A DNA stretch of 64,000 nucleotides from an uncultured Gemmatimonadales bacterium (GTDB lineage Bacteria > Gemmatimonadota > Gemmatimonadetes > Gemmatimonadales > GWC2-71-9). Numbering within the stretch: the first letter of the stretch is position 1; the number at the start of each line of letters is the position of its first letter. The stretch covers positions 738,514 through 802,513 of the forward strand of contig CAVOSV010000001.1 of assembly GCA_963698975.1 (NCBI GenBank). Direction: 5' to 3'. Shown in pieces: positions 9,443-19,595 of this stretch. The notes below the pieces were generated by a model. That model had not been told where the DNA came from, did no database searches, and saw nothing but the letters and a program-made list of their open reading frames with translations. The position numbers and the translations under genes are program-made.

Positions 9443-10801
9443 TCAGCTCCTTGGTTGCGTCTCTGCCGTCGGTATGGGCAGAGTCGGGAAAATCACATCG
9501 GGCGGAGGGCCCGCACGATCGATTGCCTGGAGATTGGCAGTCAAACCATAACGCCGGTAGTCGATCCAACTGTGGCCCCCTTCGTACATCAGGGAGTACC
9601 GCTTGTTGTAGAGCAGCTCGTTGATCAGTGATGGCTGATCGACCGGGCCGGCGTAGGGTGCCAGAAGCCCGGAGGTCTGCCGCACCACATTCAGATCGGT
9701 GACGGCAGGACCCAGCTGGCTCAAGTTGATGTTCGCCTCCGCCCGCAGCAGGATCAGCTCCTCGTTCTTGATGAGGGGGATCGGCGAACTAGGGCTGGGA
9801 TAGCGAATCCAGCCCAGGTCTGAGCTGAACGTCTGGATCGGAGTAGTGTTGGTTGTGCCACCGGACCGGGAAGGCCGCTTGACCAGCTTATTCAGGAAGC
9901 GCTGGTCCAAAGCTCCTCCCGGTTGCAGTTGTGCCTGGGTCTCCAGCGTAGGGTGCCCAAAGTTCTCGCTGGTCTGCGAGCTCACCGCAAGCGGATTCGT
10001 CACGTCCCCCGCACCGGTGCCGAAGTCCATGTAGACCCCAAGGTCCATCGGGGCCGCCGGGTCGAGGAACGACTCGCTGAGGAACGTGAGCGCCCCGGTG
10101 TAATCCCCTCGGTAGACAGCCGCCCGGGCACGCAGGGCGCGATTGAACTTGAGGAAGGTTGCCGGAGTGTCAAACCCCGCAAATCCCGTTGGCAGGGTAA
10201 ACGGAAATGCGTCTCCCACCAGCTCGGCAACACTCTGATCCAGCAGCGCGATAACATGGTTCCATGCCTCCGCGTTGCTCACGAAGGGAGCCGGAGGTGC
10301 GCTGGCATCACGCCCCACATCAATCGGGATCTGATCCTGGGTATGGGAATCCAGGATAATCATGAAGTTGTATGCCTGGAGGGTATGGGCAAAGCCGCTG
10401 GTGGCGCTCTGCTGCTCCGGCGTCAGCGAGCTGGCGGTGCTGATCACCGCAAGGAGGTCGTTGGCGCTGCGAATAGCCGAGTACTCCTCCAGCCAGTGAT
10501 CACCACCGAAGGCGCGGCTTCCCGGGTCGAGCGGGCCCTGCATCATCTCCTGGACGAATCGAGGGTCGGCCGGATCAATGCGAAACGCCTCTCGCCCCCA
10601 AATGGCGGCATCGAGCGCCCAGTCGGCCACATCCTGACGGGTGGCGATCAGGATGCCGTTGGCGGCCGCGCCGACCTGGGCGGCCGAGGGGTTTTCTCCG
10701 ATCACTGCGGGGCTGTTGGGATTGGCAACGTCAAAATCGCAGCCGGCGATTCCGACCAGCACGAGAACCGGCAACAGTCTGCTGAAAGTGGTCGGTGTCA
10801 T
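9443..10801 (-). CDS. SusD/RagB-family outer-membrane nutrient-binding lipoprotein
   Basis: Lipobox LVGIAGCD. Helical TPR-like N-terminal part, NEELILLRAEANI and YNKRYSLMYEGGHSWIDYRRYG blocks typical of SusD-like proteins. Starts 2 nt after the SusC stop. Confidence 0.8.
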   Translation of the reverse strand: MTPTTFSRLLPVLVLVGIAGCDFDVANPNSPAVIGENPSAAQVGAAANGILIATRQDVADWALDAAIWGREAFRIDPADPRFVQEMMQGPLDPGSRAFGGDHWLEEYSAIRSANDLLAVISTASSLTPEQQSATSGFAHTLQAYNFMIILDSHTQDQIPIDVGRDASAPPAPFVSNAEAWNHVIALLDQSVAELVGDAFPFTLPTGFAGFDTPATFLKFNRALRARAAVYRGDYTGALTFLSESFLDPAAPMDLGVYMDFGTGAGDVTNPLAVSSQTSENFGHPTLETQAQLQPGGALDQRFLNKLVKRPSRSGGTTNTTPIQTFSSDLGWIRYPSPSSPIPLIKNEELILLRAEANINLSQLGPAVTDLNVVRQTSGLLAPYAGPVDQPSLINELLYNKRYSLMYEGGHSWIDYRRYGLTANLQAIDRAGPPPDVIFPTLPIPTAETQPRS

Positions 10802-10803
10802 GG

Positions 10804-13779
10804 TCAGAACCCCAAGTCGATCGAGAAGAAGAAGCTGCGACTCGGCGGGAACGGTGCCACATCGATGTTCCGCACGATCGCCTGGTTGGCGAAGTTGCTC
10901 ACCTCCGGGTCCAGCCCGCGGTACGGAGTGAACCGCAGGAGGTTCCGACCGGTTACCGACACGCGGGCGTAACGCACACCTCCGCCAAACAACCGGCTGG
11001 TAAACGACTGGGGGATATTATAGGAGAGATTCAGCTCGCGCAGCTTCAGATACGATCCGTCCTGCACGTAAGGCTCGGTGAAACCGGCGCCGAAGCGATT
11101 GATTCGGTCCGCTCCGCCATCCGGCTCAGTGTAATCCTTGCTGTTTGCGGTGATGTCGTAGAGGAACTCGGTCAGGTTGATGATGTCACCGCCGTACTTC
11201 CAGTCGAACAGAAATCCCAGGGTAAACCGGTGGAAGTCGATGTCATTGGAGAAAGACATTTGAAAATCCGGATTGGCATCTCCCACCTTGCCTGCGATCG
11301 CATTCCCAGCCGCATCGGTGCCGATGGTGCCAAAGATCTGAGTCGGCGAGCTGTCCTGCTCGATCTGGAAAGTTCCCAGGGAAAGAGCAAAGCCGCCGGT
11401 CTGGAAGGGCGGCACGTTCAGCTCGGTGATTCTAGCTTTGTTGGCAAAGAACGTGGTGCGGAAGATCCAGTTGATGTCCCGGCTCTGTACCGGCTGCAGG
11501 GTGAGCGACGCCTCGACTCCCCGGTTCCTCATCCTGCCGCCGTTGCCAAAGATTCGGAGCTCCTGGCCCACCGAGGGCGCCACAGTTTGCTCCAGAATCA
11601 GATCACGGATGTTGCGCTGGTAGACGGTCAGGTTCAGCTCGGCCCGTCCCCGCGCGAACGTGGCATCGATTCCGCCCTCGAACTCGTCCTGCCGCTCAGG
11701 TTTAATGGTGGGATCTCCGGCTCGATTCCCGATGTACGTCCCGAACTGCCCACCGATGGTCCCGGTGGTGTCGGTAACAAACTTGGCGCCAAAGAGCGCC
11801 CGGTTGCCGGTCTGGCCGTAGGCTCCCCGGATCTTGAGCTCCTCTACGCCGCCAAAGGGTTGCACGAACCGGTAAGACGCGGCGGCCTTGGGATAAAGGA
11901 AGAACTTCTCGGTGTCGCCGTTGGCGCTGCTGCGATCGGCTCGAACGCCACCAGTTAGCAGTAAGCGGCGGTTGCTCAGCAACACCTCTTCTTGCGCGAA
12001 AACACCGAGGTCACGCACCGGCTCGATTCGGGACGAAACCGACTGGCTCGTGGTCTGCTGGACGTTCTCCTGACCCGAGAGCAGGGTGCGTCCGAGGACC
12101 TGCGTCGCATTCAACTTCCGGTCTTCGTACTGAATACCGCCGGAGGTGGTCCACTGATTGCCCTGGTCCGAGCCAGAGGAGTTGTAGATGTGACTCACGT
12201 TGAGGGCGGCGTTCAGATTCCGGTTGGACGACCTGCTGGTCACCACTGTTCCAGGTTGACCATCGGCATTCTCGTATTGGAGCTCGGGTGGCGACACCAG
12301 GTCGTTATCCTGCTGGAAGTAGTCCACCCCTCCAATGCCGATGAACTGCAGCGTGCTCTTGGCCGATTGCAACGGCGTCCACCGCAACGTGCTGGTTCCC
12401 AGGATCCGCCAGACATCCTCCTGATTGGTGAGTAGAGAGAAGGTCTGCAGGGGATTGCTGGCGCTGAAGGCGTTGACCGGAAAGTCGGCAGCCGTGATGT
12501 CGTTATGAATCCCACCGCTGGGCATCAGGTTCTGGAAGCTCGGCGTGGCCGAGAACGCTATGAACGGGCTGGTGCTGGAATTGTCATTGTTGGAGAGTCC
12601 CCGGTCGGATATGCTGTGGGTTCCATCCAGGTTGACCTGAAGCTGGAAGCCACTTCCCAGGACCTGGTCCAGATTGGAGCGAATTGACTGTTTCTTGTAG
12701 CCGGTGTTGATCGCAATGCCCTCGTCGTTCATGAACAAGCTGGACACATAGTACTTGGTGTTCTCGGTCCCGCCGCTCACACTGGCATTGGTCTCATAGG
12801 ACAGCGCGTGACGGCCGTACAGCTCGTCCTCGAAGTTGAAGGAGGTTCCCGGCTGGAATGCGGCGGTAACCGCAGCGGTGTCGCTAAAAACCGATAGCGC
12901 TTCATCCAGAGTGCCGAAAGTGCGGGATCCCAACTCATTGGCCCGGGTATGAGTTCCAAATTTCTGGGACAACGTGAACTGGGGTTTGCCGACCTGGCCC
13001 CTCTTGGTGGTAATCACGACGACTCCATTGGTGGCCTTTGACCCGTAGATCGCTGCCGCCGACCCGCCTTTCAGCACCTCGATTCGCTCGATGTCCTCGG
13101 GATTCAGGTCGGCAATCCGATTGACCGGGTTGTCCTGGTTCCGGGGATTGCCGCCGCACTGGGCGCAGCTGACCGCGTTCTGTCCATTGGGTATCGCGGC
13201 GTTGCTGACCACGATCCCATCCACCACGTACAAAGGGTCCACGCTGGCGTTGATCGTGGAAACGCCTCGGAGGTTGAGCTGATAGCCGCCGCCGGGCGCA
13301 CCGGAGTTCGCCTGGATGTAGGCCCCCGGAATTTTGCCCTGTAGCGCACTCTCGAGGGTGGGAGCCGGCGCCCGGTTCAGTTCACTGGAGGAGACGGTTG
13401 CCACGGCGTTGGGCAGGTTTTGACGCTCCTGGCCGGTGGCCTGCCCGGTGATGACGATCTCCTCTAGGTTGAACGCGTCAGGCTCCAGAGCGAAGTCCGC
13501 CGTCGGTTGTGATGCCGGCACGGCGATCTGTTGCCGCTTGTAGCCAATGGCCCGGACCACGAGGCTGACGTCGCCCGCCGGCGCATTGAGGACGTAGTTC
13601 CCCTGGTTGTTGGTCCCGGCCACGATACTGGTTCCGGTGACAGAGACCGTTGCCTCGGGGACTCCCCCTTGAGTTTGAGTATTGGTTACTCGCCCGCTGA
13701 TCTGGCGGACCTGTCCCACAGCGAGCTGAGCGCTGAGGAGCAAGAAAAGCACGGACGTGCCGCACACGCGCAATGCCAT
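10804..13779 (-). CDS. SusC/RagA-type TonB-dependent outer-membrane transporter
   Basis: 991 aa. Signal peptide, CarboxypepD_reg-like domain (GRVTNTQTQGGVPEATVSVTG..NNQGNYVL), plug (IEVLKGGSAAAIYGSKATNGVVVITTKRG), long barrel ending SFFFSIDLGF. Confidence 0.9.
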   Translation of the reverse strand: MALRVCGTSVLFLLLSAQLAVGQVRQISGRVTNTQTQGGVPEATVSVTGTSIVAGTNNQGNYVLNAPAGDVSLVVRAIGYKRQQIAVPASQPTADFALEPDAFNLEEIVITGQATGQERQNLPNAVATVSSSELNRAPAPTLESALQGKIPGAYIQANSGAPGGGYQLNLRGVSTINASVDPLYVVDGIVVSNAAIPNGQNAVSCAQCGGNPRNQDNPVNRIADLNPEDIERIEVLKGGSAAAIYGSKATNGVVVITTKRGQVGKPQFTLSQKFGTHTRANELGSRTFGTLDEALSVFSDTAAVTAAFQPGTSFNFEDELYGRHALSYETNASVSGGTENTKYYVSSLFMNDEGIAINTGYKKQSIRSNLDQVLGSGFQLQVNLDGTHSISDRGLSNNDNSSTSPFIAFSATPSFQNLMPSGGIHNDITAADFPVNAFSASNPLQTFSLLTNQEDVWRILGTSTLRWTPLQSAKSTLQFIGIGGVDYFQQDNDLVSPPELQYENADGQPGTVVTSRSSNRNLNAALNVSHIYNSSGSDQGNQWTTSGGIQYEDRKLNATQVLGRTLLSGQENVQQTTSQSVSSRIEPVRDLGVFAQEEVLLSNRRLLLTGGVRADRSSANGDTEKFFLYPKAAASYRFVQPFGGVEELKIRGAYGQTGNRALFGAKFVTDTTGTIGGQFGTYIGNRAGDPTIKPERQDEFEGGIDATFARGRAELNLTVYQRNIRDLILEQTVAPSVGQELRIFGNGGRMRNRGVEASLTLQPVQSRDINWIFRTTFFANKARITELNVPPFQTGGFALSLGTFQIEQDSSPTQIFGTIGTDAAGNAIAGKVGDANPDFQMSFSNDIDFHRFTLGFLFDWKYGGDIINLTEFLYDITANSKDYTEPDGGADRINRFGAGFTEPYVQDGSYLKLRELNLSYNIPQSFTSRLFGGGVRYARVSVTGRNLLRFTPYRGLDPEVSNFANQAIVRNIDVAPFPPSRSFFFSIDLGF

Positions 13780-13958
13780 GGCGCCTCCGAGGTGATGACC
13801 ACATCGAGTTATGAGAATGGGTACTACAGTGCACTAGGCCCCATCACCGCGCAAGCCGCCTGACCTCCCCCCGCTCGGCACAACCTCGTAACACCCGAAG
13901 TCACCCGTGGGGAGCTGGTCCAGGCGAGGATTCTTGCTGGCGACTGTCGGAAGCAATC

Positions 13959-15206
13959 TCAGGTAGGCTGAATCGCTCCATCGGTTGATGACCAGGAGAG
14001 AACACCGCCTACGCCGGTCATGACACAAGCGTTCGGCCTCAGATGATAGAGCCACTGGTCGAGATCCGGAGCATCCAGCACTGCGAAGTCGGCCTGTTTT
14101 CCAGGCTCCAGCGATCCGATGGCGTGCTGGAGCCCGACCGCTCGTGCGGCGTTGATGGTGGCACCCTTCAGCGCCTCCGCCGGTGTCATCCTCAGCAGCG
14201 TGCACGCGAGCGTCAACGCGAAGGGGAGGTGAAAGGAGGGAGCGGACCCCGGGTTGAAGTCCGTCGCGATTGCCACTGGAACGCCGGCTTCGATCAGCCT
14301 GCGGGCAGGAAGAGGAGACTGGTTCAGGTACAGTGAGGCCAGCGGCAAGCCCACCGCGACAACCCCTGACCCGGCGAGCGCGCGGATACCGCCATCGGAG
14401 ATGCACTCCAGGTGATCGGCCGAAACGGCACTTACCTCCGCCGCAAGCTCAGCGCCGCCTCCAGAGGTGAGCTGGTCGGCGTGGAGTTTGGCCCGGAGAC
14501 CTTGTGCAGCCGCAGCCCGGAAAATCTGCCTGGCTTCTTCCACGGTGTACGCCGAATCCTCGACAAACACGTCGCAGAAGGTGGCCAGCCGTTCGCCTGC
14601 CACTCGCGGGATCAGCCGCTGGATGAGAAGCTCGAGGTATTCCGCTCTCCGCTCCCGGAACTCAGGCGGGACGACGTGAGCACCCAGGAAGGTTGGCACC
14701 AGCCGAATCGGCTGCTCCGCGGCGAGCCTTCGGTAGACCCGGAGCAGCTTGAGCTCATTCTCCTCATCGAGGCCGTATCCGCTTTTGCACTCGACGGTGG
14801 TGATGCCCAACGCGAGCATCTCCTGGAGAAACCTCTTCGCACGGTTCGCCAGCTGGTCTTCGCCAGCGGCACGGGTGGCCCGTACGGTCGAGAGAATGCC
14901 GCCGACGGAGCTGGAGATCTCGAGATAGCTCCGGCCCAAGCTCCGTTGGACGAACTCGTCCGCCCTCCAGCCGGCAAAGGCCAGATGGGTGTGACAGTCG
15001 ATCAGACCGGGAACAACCAGCCGCCCACCGGCATCGATCCGTTCCGCGGTCGCGTAGACTTCCGGAAGGTCCTCTTGGGTGCCGAGCCAGGAGATCCGGC
15101 CGCTCGAGTCCCAAGCCATAGCAGCATCGGAGATGATATGCGCGTTACTCTGCCCGCCGTCGGCACGACAGGTGGCGAGCTGCCCGATGTTTGCGAGGAC
15201 CTTCAT
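13959..15206 (-). CDS. hutI: Imidazolonepropionase
   Basis: VVPGLIDCHTHLAFAGWRADEF, ITTVECKSGYGL, AKLHADQL, ATDFNPGS. Adjacent to hutU. Confidence 0.9.
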   Translation of the reverse strand: MKVLANIGQLATCRADGGQSNAHIISDAAMAWDSSGRISWLGTQEDLPEVYATAERIDAGGRLVVPGLIDCHTHLAFAGWRADEFVQRSLGRSYLEISSSVGGILSTVRATRAAGEDQLANRAKRFLQEMLALGITTVECKSGYGLDEENELKLLRVYRRLAAEQPIRLVPTFLGAHVVPPEFRERRAEYLELLIQRLIPRVAGERLATFCDVFVEDSAYTVEEARQIFRAAAAQGLRAKLHADQLTSGGGAELAAEVSAVSADHLECISDGGIRALAGSGVVAVGLPLASLYLNQSPLPARRLIEAGVPVAIATDFNPGSAPSFHLPFALTLACTLLRMTPAEALKGATINAARAVGLQHAIGSLEPGKQADFAVLDAPDLDQWLYHLRPNACVMTGVGGVLSWSSTDGAIQPT

Positions 15207-15219
15207 GGAGGAGCTTATG

Positions 15220-16899
15220 TCAACCGCTCAGGTCGTTCACCATAGGCAGGTCGACGCCCCGCTCCTTCGCCGTTTCAATGGCCAGGTCATATCCGGCATC
15301 GGCATGGCGCATCACTCCGGTACCAGGATCGGCGGTGAGGACCCGTCGCAGCCTACGGTCGGCTGCGTCGGTCCCATCGGCCACCGCCACCATGCCGGCA
15401 TGAATGGAATAGCCGATGCCGACGCCGCCGCCGTGATGAAGCGAGACCCAGCTGGCACCGCAGGCAGTGTTCAGCAGCGCATTCAGCAGCGGCCAATCGG
15501 CGATCGCATCGGAGCCATCCTTCATTCCCTCGGTTTCCCGATTGGGAGAGGCTACCGACCCGGTGTCCAGGTGATCTCGACCGATCACGATGGGAGCGCG
15601 CACCCGTCCGGTTTTGACCAGCCAGTTGAAACGCTCGCCCATTTCAGCGCGCTCGCCGTACTCCAGCCAGCAGATCCGGGCGGGCAATCCCTGGAATGCG
15701 ACCCGTTGCTGCGCCTGCCGAATCCAGCGTGCCAAATCTTCCTTCTCCGGGAAGGTGTCCAGCACAGCCTGGTCGGTGGCGGCGATGTCGGCGGGATCTC
15801 CCGAGAGCGCAACCCAGCGAAACGGGCCGGCACCTCGGCAGAAGAGCGGGCGGATGAACTCCGGCACAAAGCCCGGGATCTCGAAGGCCGACTGCATGCC
15901 CCGATGATCGGCCACCTGTCCCCGGAGGTTGTTGCCATAGTCGAACACAACGGCGCCGCGGCCTTGGAGATCGAGCATGGCCTGAACATGGACCGCCATT
16001 GAATCGAGGACCTTGGCCTCGTAGGTCTGTGGATCTCTCTCCCGAAGCTCTCCGGCCTGCTCCAGGTCGAGGCCGGCTGGGATGTACCCCAGCCTGAGAT
16101 CGTGCGCCGAGGTCTGGTCCGTCACCACATCGGGAACAACCCCGCGCCGAAGCAACTCCGGCAGCACCTCGGCGATATTCCCGACCAACCCGACCGAAAG
16201 CGCCTGTCCGCGCGACCGGGCTGACTCGACCTGCTGGAGGGCCGTGTCCAGGCTGGTCTCCAGGCGATCGCAATATCTCGTAGCGACCCGTCGGCGGATC
16301 CTTTCCTCGTCAACGTCTACTCCCAAGAAGGCCGCGCCATTCATGGTGGCCGCCAGCGGCTGCGCTCCACCCATACCGCCCAGTCCGCCGGTTACCACCA
16401 GACGATTCTTCAGGGTGCCACCAAAGTGCTGTCGGGCGCACTCGGCAAATGTCTCGTAGGTGCCCTGCAGAATCCCCTGAGTTCCGATGTAGATCCAGGA
16501 GCCGGCGGTCATCTGGCCATACATCGTGAGGCCCAGGGCTTCGAGTCGTCGGAACTCGTCCCAGGTGGCCCAGCGCGGCACCAGGTGAGCATTCGCGATT
16601 AATACCCGGGGCGCCTCCTCGTGCGTGGTGAACACGCCGACCGGCTTCCCGCTCTGTACCAGCAGCGTCTCGTCATTCCCCAGACGGCGGAGCGTAGCCA
16701 CAATGCGTTCGTAGCATTCCCAGTTGCGGGCCGCCTTCCCGCCACCGCCGTAAACGATCAACTCATCCGGCCGCTCTGCCACAGCAGGATCCAGGTTGTT
16801 CATGAGCATCCGAAGGGCGGCCTCCTGATGCCAACCGCGGCAGGACAGGGACGATCCTCTCGGGGCAGAGATCTGATGGGACTGCGTCAGCATTGACAT
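15220..16899 (-). CDS. hutU: Urocanate hydratase
   Basis: From ATG 16899: [42 protein letters not shown]...[12 protein letters not shown]...[13 protein letters not shown] (NAD site). The ORF-track start at 17259 is an unsupported 120-aa extension. Confidence 0.9.
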   Translation of the reverse strand: MSMLTQSHQISAPRGSSLSCRGWHQEAALRMLMNNLDPAVAERPDELIVYGGGGKAARNWECYERIVATLRRLGNDETLLVQSGKPVGVFTTHEEAPRVLIANAHLVPRWATWDEFRRLEALGLTMYGQMTAGSWIYIGTQGILQGTYETFAECARQHFGGTLKNRLVVTGGLGGMGGAQPLAATMNGAAFLGVDVDEERIRRRVATRYCDRLETSLDTALQQVESARSRGQALSVGLVGNIAEVLPELLRRGVVPDVVTDQTSAHDLRLGYIPAGLDLEQAGELRERDPQTYEAKVLDSMAVHVQAMLDLQGRGAVVFDYGNNLRGQVADHRGMQSAFEIPGFVPEFIRPLFCRGAGPFRWVALSGDPADIAATDQAVLDTFPEKEDLARWIRQAQQRVAFQGLPARICWLEYGERAEMGERFNWLVKTGRVRAPIVIGRDHLDTGSVASPNRETEGMKDGSDAIADWPLLNALLNTACGASWVSLHHGGGVGIGYSIHAGMVAVADGTDAADRRLRRVLTADPGTGVMRHADAGYDLAIETAKERGVDLPMVNDLSG

Positions 16900-16989
16900 A
16901 GAGAGCTCAGGAGATGGCCGGATCAAGGCTAGCCTTTCCCAGAATGGCCTGCAACCTTTTGGGCCGCCGTACGATCCAATCCCCCCGCG

Positions 16990-17562
16990 ATGACCGAACT
17001 CGGCCTTGGAGTGGCAACTCTGGAGCACGAACCGACCGGCAGGACCGATCCGGATGCAGTGGACGCCACGCTCGCGGCCAGCGGAGATGCCAGCGCGTTC
17101 GAGCGGCTGTACCGGACCCACGTCCCCAAAGTGTACGGGTTGGTTCGCCGCATGCTCAGCGATGATGATGTGGATGAGGTCGCCCAGGACATCTTCGTGC
17201 GAGCGTGGCAGAAGCTCGGCACCTTTCGCGGCGAAGCGGCGTTTGGAACCTGGCTCCATCGACTGGCGGTAAACGTGATCCTGGCCCGGAGGGAGACGTT
17301 GGGGACCCGGCGCAAGCGATACGTGGAGGGCGACATGGCGTTGGAGACAGTTCCCAGCCGTCGAGCCACGCCCGAGATGTCCATGGATTTCGAGGCAGCC
17401 ATGGAACGGCTGCCGGAGGGAGCCCGGGAGGTGTTCGTGCTACACGATGTAGAGGGTTACCGCCATGAGGAAATTGCCCAGATGCTCGGTCTTGCGACCG
17501 GAACGTCGAAATCCCAGTTGCATCGGGCGCGAATGGCTCTGCGTCAGCATCTGGAGCGCTGA
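16990..17562 (+). CDS. ECF (group 4) sigma-70 family factor
   Basis: [20 protein letters not shown]...[29 protein letters not shown] (region 2), then [31 protein letters not shown] (region 4 HTH). Confidence 0.85.
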   Translation: MTELGLGVATLEHEPTGRTDPDAVDATLAASGDASAFERLYRTHVPKVYGLVRRMLSDDDVDEVAQDIFVRAWQKLGTFRGEAAFGTWLHRLAVNVILARRETLGTRRKRYVEGDMALETVPSRRATPEMSMDFEAAMERLPEGAREVFVLHDVEGYRHEEIAQMLGLATGTSKSQLHRARMALRQHLER

Positions 17563-17571
17563 GGAGGAATC

Positions 17572-18270
17572 ATGATTCAAGACCCCTGGACCGACCGCCT
17601 GTCGGAATACGTCGACGGAGAGCTGCCCGAGTGGGAGCGCCACGCGCTCGAGTCGCACCTGGAGAGCTGTGCCGAATGCTCCCTGATCGTGTCCGATCTT
17701 CGGCGGGTGGTGCGCCGAGCGCGTACCCTCAAGAATCCTTCTCCGGCCACCGATCTCTGGCCTGGCATTGCCGCCCGGATCGGGGCAGGAACACCCCAGG
17801 CCCACGACGTGGTGGATATCAGCGCTCACCGTCGAGCTCGGCGCCGCTGGGCGTTCTCCTTGCCTCAGCTTGCTGCGGCTGCCATTGCGTTGATGACCGT
17901 GTCGGGCGGCAGTGTCTGGTTCTTGAGCGGGACTGCCCGGCAGTCCGTGGTGCTCGCTCCCGCCCCATCCAGCCCGACGGAGGGCGCTCCTGCTGTGAGC
18001 GTCTCAATGAGGCCCAACGTCTCTCAAAGCTATGCCGCTGCCGTGGCCGATCTGGAGCGAGTGTTGGCGGAGGGCCGCGGCAAGCTCGACACTACCACCG
18101 TCAAGATCATCGAGCAAAATCTGGCCGCCATCGATCGCGCCATTGCTGAGGCACAGCGTGCGCTCGACGCCGACTCCGGTAACCTGTACCTCAACACACA
18201 CCTGGCCGAAACGATGCGGCGTAAACTCGACCTGCTGCGACAGGCCGCCGCGCTCGTTCCGGTGAGCTGA
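17572..18270 (+). CDS. Anti-sigma factor (zf-HC2 type, single TM)
   Basis: GAGGAGGA lies upstream. LSEYVDGELPEWERHALESHLESCAECS (H-x3-C-x2-C). TM segment WAFSLPQLAAAAIALMTVSGG. Starts 9 nt after the sigma gene. Confidence 0.8.
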   Translation: MIQDPWTDRLSEYVDGELPEWERHALESHLESCAECSLIVSDLRRVVRRARTLKNPSPATDLWPGIAARIGAGTPQAHDVVDISAHRRARRRWAFSLPQLAAAAIALMTVSGGSVWFLSGTARQSVVLAPAPSSPTEGAPAVSVSMRPNVSQSYAAAVADLERVLAEGRGKLDTTTVKIIEQNLAAIDRAIAEAQRALDADSGNLYLNTHLAETMRRKLDLLRQAAALVPVS

Positions 18271-18281
18271 AAGGACCTCCC

Positions 18282-19184
18282 GTGCTGTTTGCCCTTCTGA
18301 CCGGTACCCTGGCGCTGGCACCCGCTGTCCAGGTGGATACCACGCTCAACGCGGTGCGGGGTCAGCGCCTTGCCATCAATGCCTACGCGGGCGATGTCAC
18401 GGTGCGCGCCTGGAACAGAAACGCGGTTCGGATCGAGGCCGACGGCGATCAGGATCAGCTCGAGATTTCGAGCAGCGCGACCGGTATCAGTATTCGGACC
18501 CAGGGGGGACGACACGGCCCGCCCGAGGAGATCACGCTTCGAATCAGTGCACCCGCCTGGATCGGTCTCAGTCTGGCCGGGGTGAATACCAACGCCAAAG
18601 TCGAAGGGATCCGGGCTCCTATATCGGTCGAGACGGTCGAGGGCGAAGTAGACGTCAGCGGTGGCGAGAGTCTGATCTCGCTGCGTTCGGTTCAGGGCTC
18701 GGTGAGGCTGCGCGGAGCCAGGGGCCGGATCAACGTGAACTCAGTGAATGACGACGTCCAAGTGGCCAACAGTTCCGGGGACATCGCGGCCCAAACCGTT
18801 AACGGAGAGATCCTGCTCCAGGGGGTGGATGCTTCGAGCCTCGACGCCAATACAGTCAATGGCGATATCTCCTACTCCGGTCCGATCCGGAGCAGCGGCC
18901 GCTATGCGTTGTCGACCCATAACGGAGATCTGACGCTGACCGTCCCGCTGGGAACCAGTGCCGGTGTGACGGTTTCCACCTTCAGTGGCGACTTCGAATC
19001 CGAGTTCCCGGTCCCGCTGCAGGGCACCCGTAAGGGCAAAGGCTTTAACTTCACTCTGGGCTCCGGGAGTGCACAGGTTACCCTCGAGTCGTTCCAGGGG
19101 ACCATTCGGCTGGTTCGTCCCGGCAGCGAAGAAGACCCCGCTCGCCAGAAGCGGGACCACGACCGGGATCATGACGAAGACTAG
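18282..19184 (+). CDS. DUF4097-like beta-helical 'putative adhesin' protein, third gene of the sigma unit
   Basis: Repetitive G(D/E)(I/V)xV units (VNGEILLQGV, VNGDISYSG, HNGDLTLTV, FSGDFESEF, GTIRLVR). Acidic His/Asp tail RDHDRDHDED. Confidence 0.65.
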   Translation: MLFALLTGTLALAPAVQVDTTLNAVRGQRLAINAYAGDVTVRAWNRNAVRIEADGDQDQLEISSSATGISIRTQGGRHGPPEEITLRISAPAWIGLSLAGVNTNAKVEGIRAPISVETVEGEVDVSGGESLISLRSVQGSVRLRGARGRINVNSVNDDVQVANSSGDIAAQTVNGEILLQGVDASSLDANTVNGDISYSGPIRSSGRYALSTHNGDLTLTVPLGTSAGVTVSTFSGDFESEFPVPLQGTRKGKGFNFTLGSGSAQVTLESFQGTIRLVRPGSEEDPARQKRDHDRDHDED

Positions 19185-19227
19185 TCCCTACCTGCACTAA
19201 ATCGTCGCAATTTGACGGGCTTTGCTC

Positions 19228-19253
19228 CGGGAGTGAGAACCGCCTCACTCCCG
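19228..19253 (+). terminator. Stem-loop downstream of the DUF4097 gene
   Basis: cGGGAGTGAG-aaccgc-CTCACTCCCg: 10-bp perfect stem 44 nt after the stop. No U-tract follows. Confidence 0.5.
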
Positions 19254-19595
19254 TCCAGAAACCAGGCAGATTTGTAACACCGACGATACAAAGCTTCTCA
19301 GCAGTGCGGGTTACGATCATGATTCAGGCTTAGCCGCCGGTGCCGTACCCCACTCCGGTTCTAGCCTAACAGATTATTTCTTCGACATTTAGCTCCTCGG
19401 GTTTTGCTTAGAATCTCCTGGCATCTGGGAATAAGTCCCGCTTGACAGGACCCGGGTGCAATCCCCGCCGCACCTCTCCGAAAGAGGGGGCGAGCGATAA
19501 AGAAGTCGCCGGCTGGTACGGTTCAAAGCCGGGCACGTGTCTTGTACTTCGGCGGATCGGTAGTCCCAGACCGAACCTCAGCCCGGAGTCGAGCA

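Noticed and set aside
9923-11958. Long plus-strand ORFs (349 aa at 9923-10972; 387 aa at 10795-11958) opposite SusD and SusC.
   Set aside because: They lie antisense to genes with strong family signatures. The translations are Arg/Gly/Pro-rich with no motifs, which is the usual high-GC shadow-ORF pattern.
16950-16977. ECF-type promoter candidate TGCAAC-N16-CGATCC upstream of the sigma gene.
   Set aside because: It only loosely resembles AAC-N16-CGT-type ECF promoters and would leave a leader of a few nucleotides. I found no matching motif upstream of the fibre operon.
16900-17259. 120-codon N-terminal extension of the urocanase ORF, which would overlap the divergent sigma gene.
   Set aside because: Urocanase homology starts at MSMLTQSHQ (ATG 16899). 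The extension has no family similarity and would cover the sigma-factor promoter and start.
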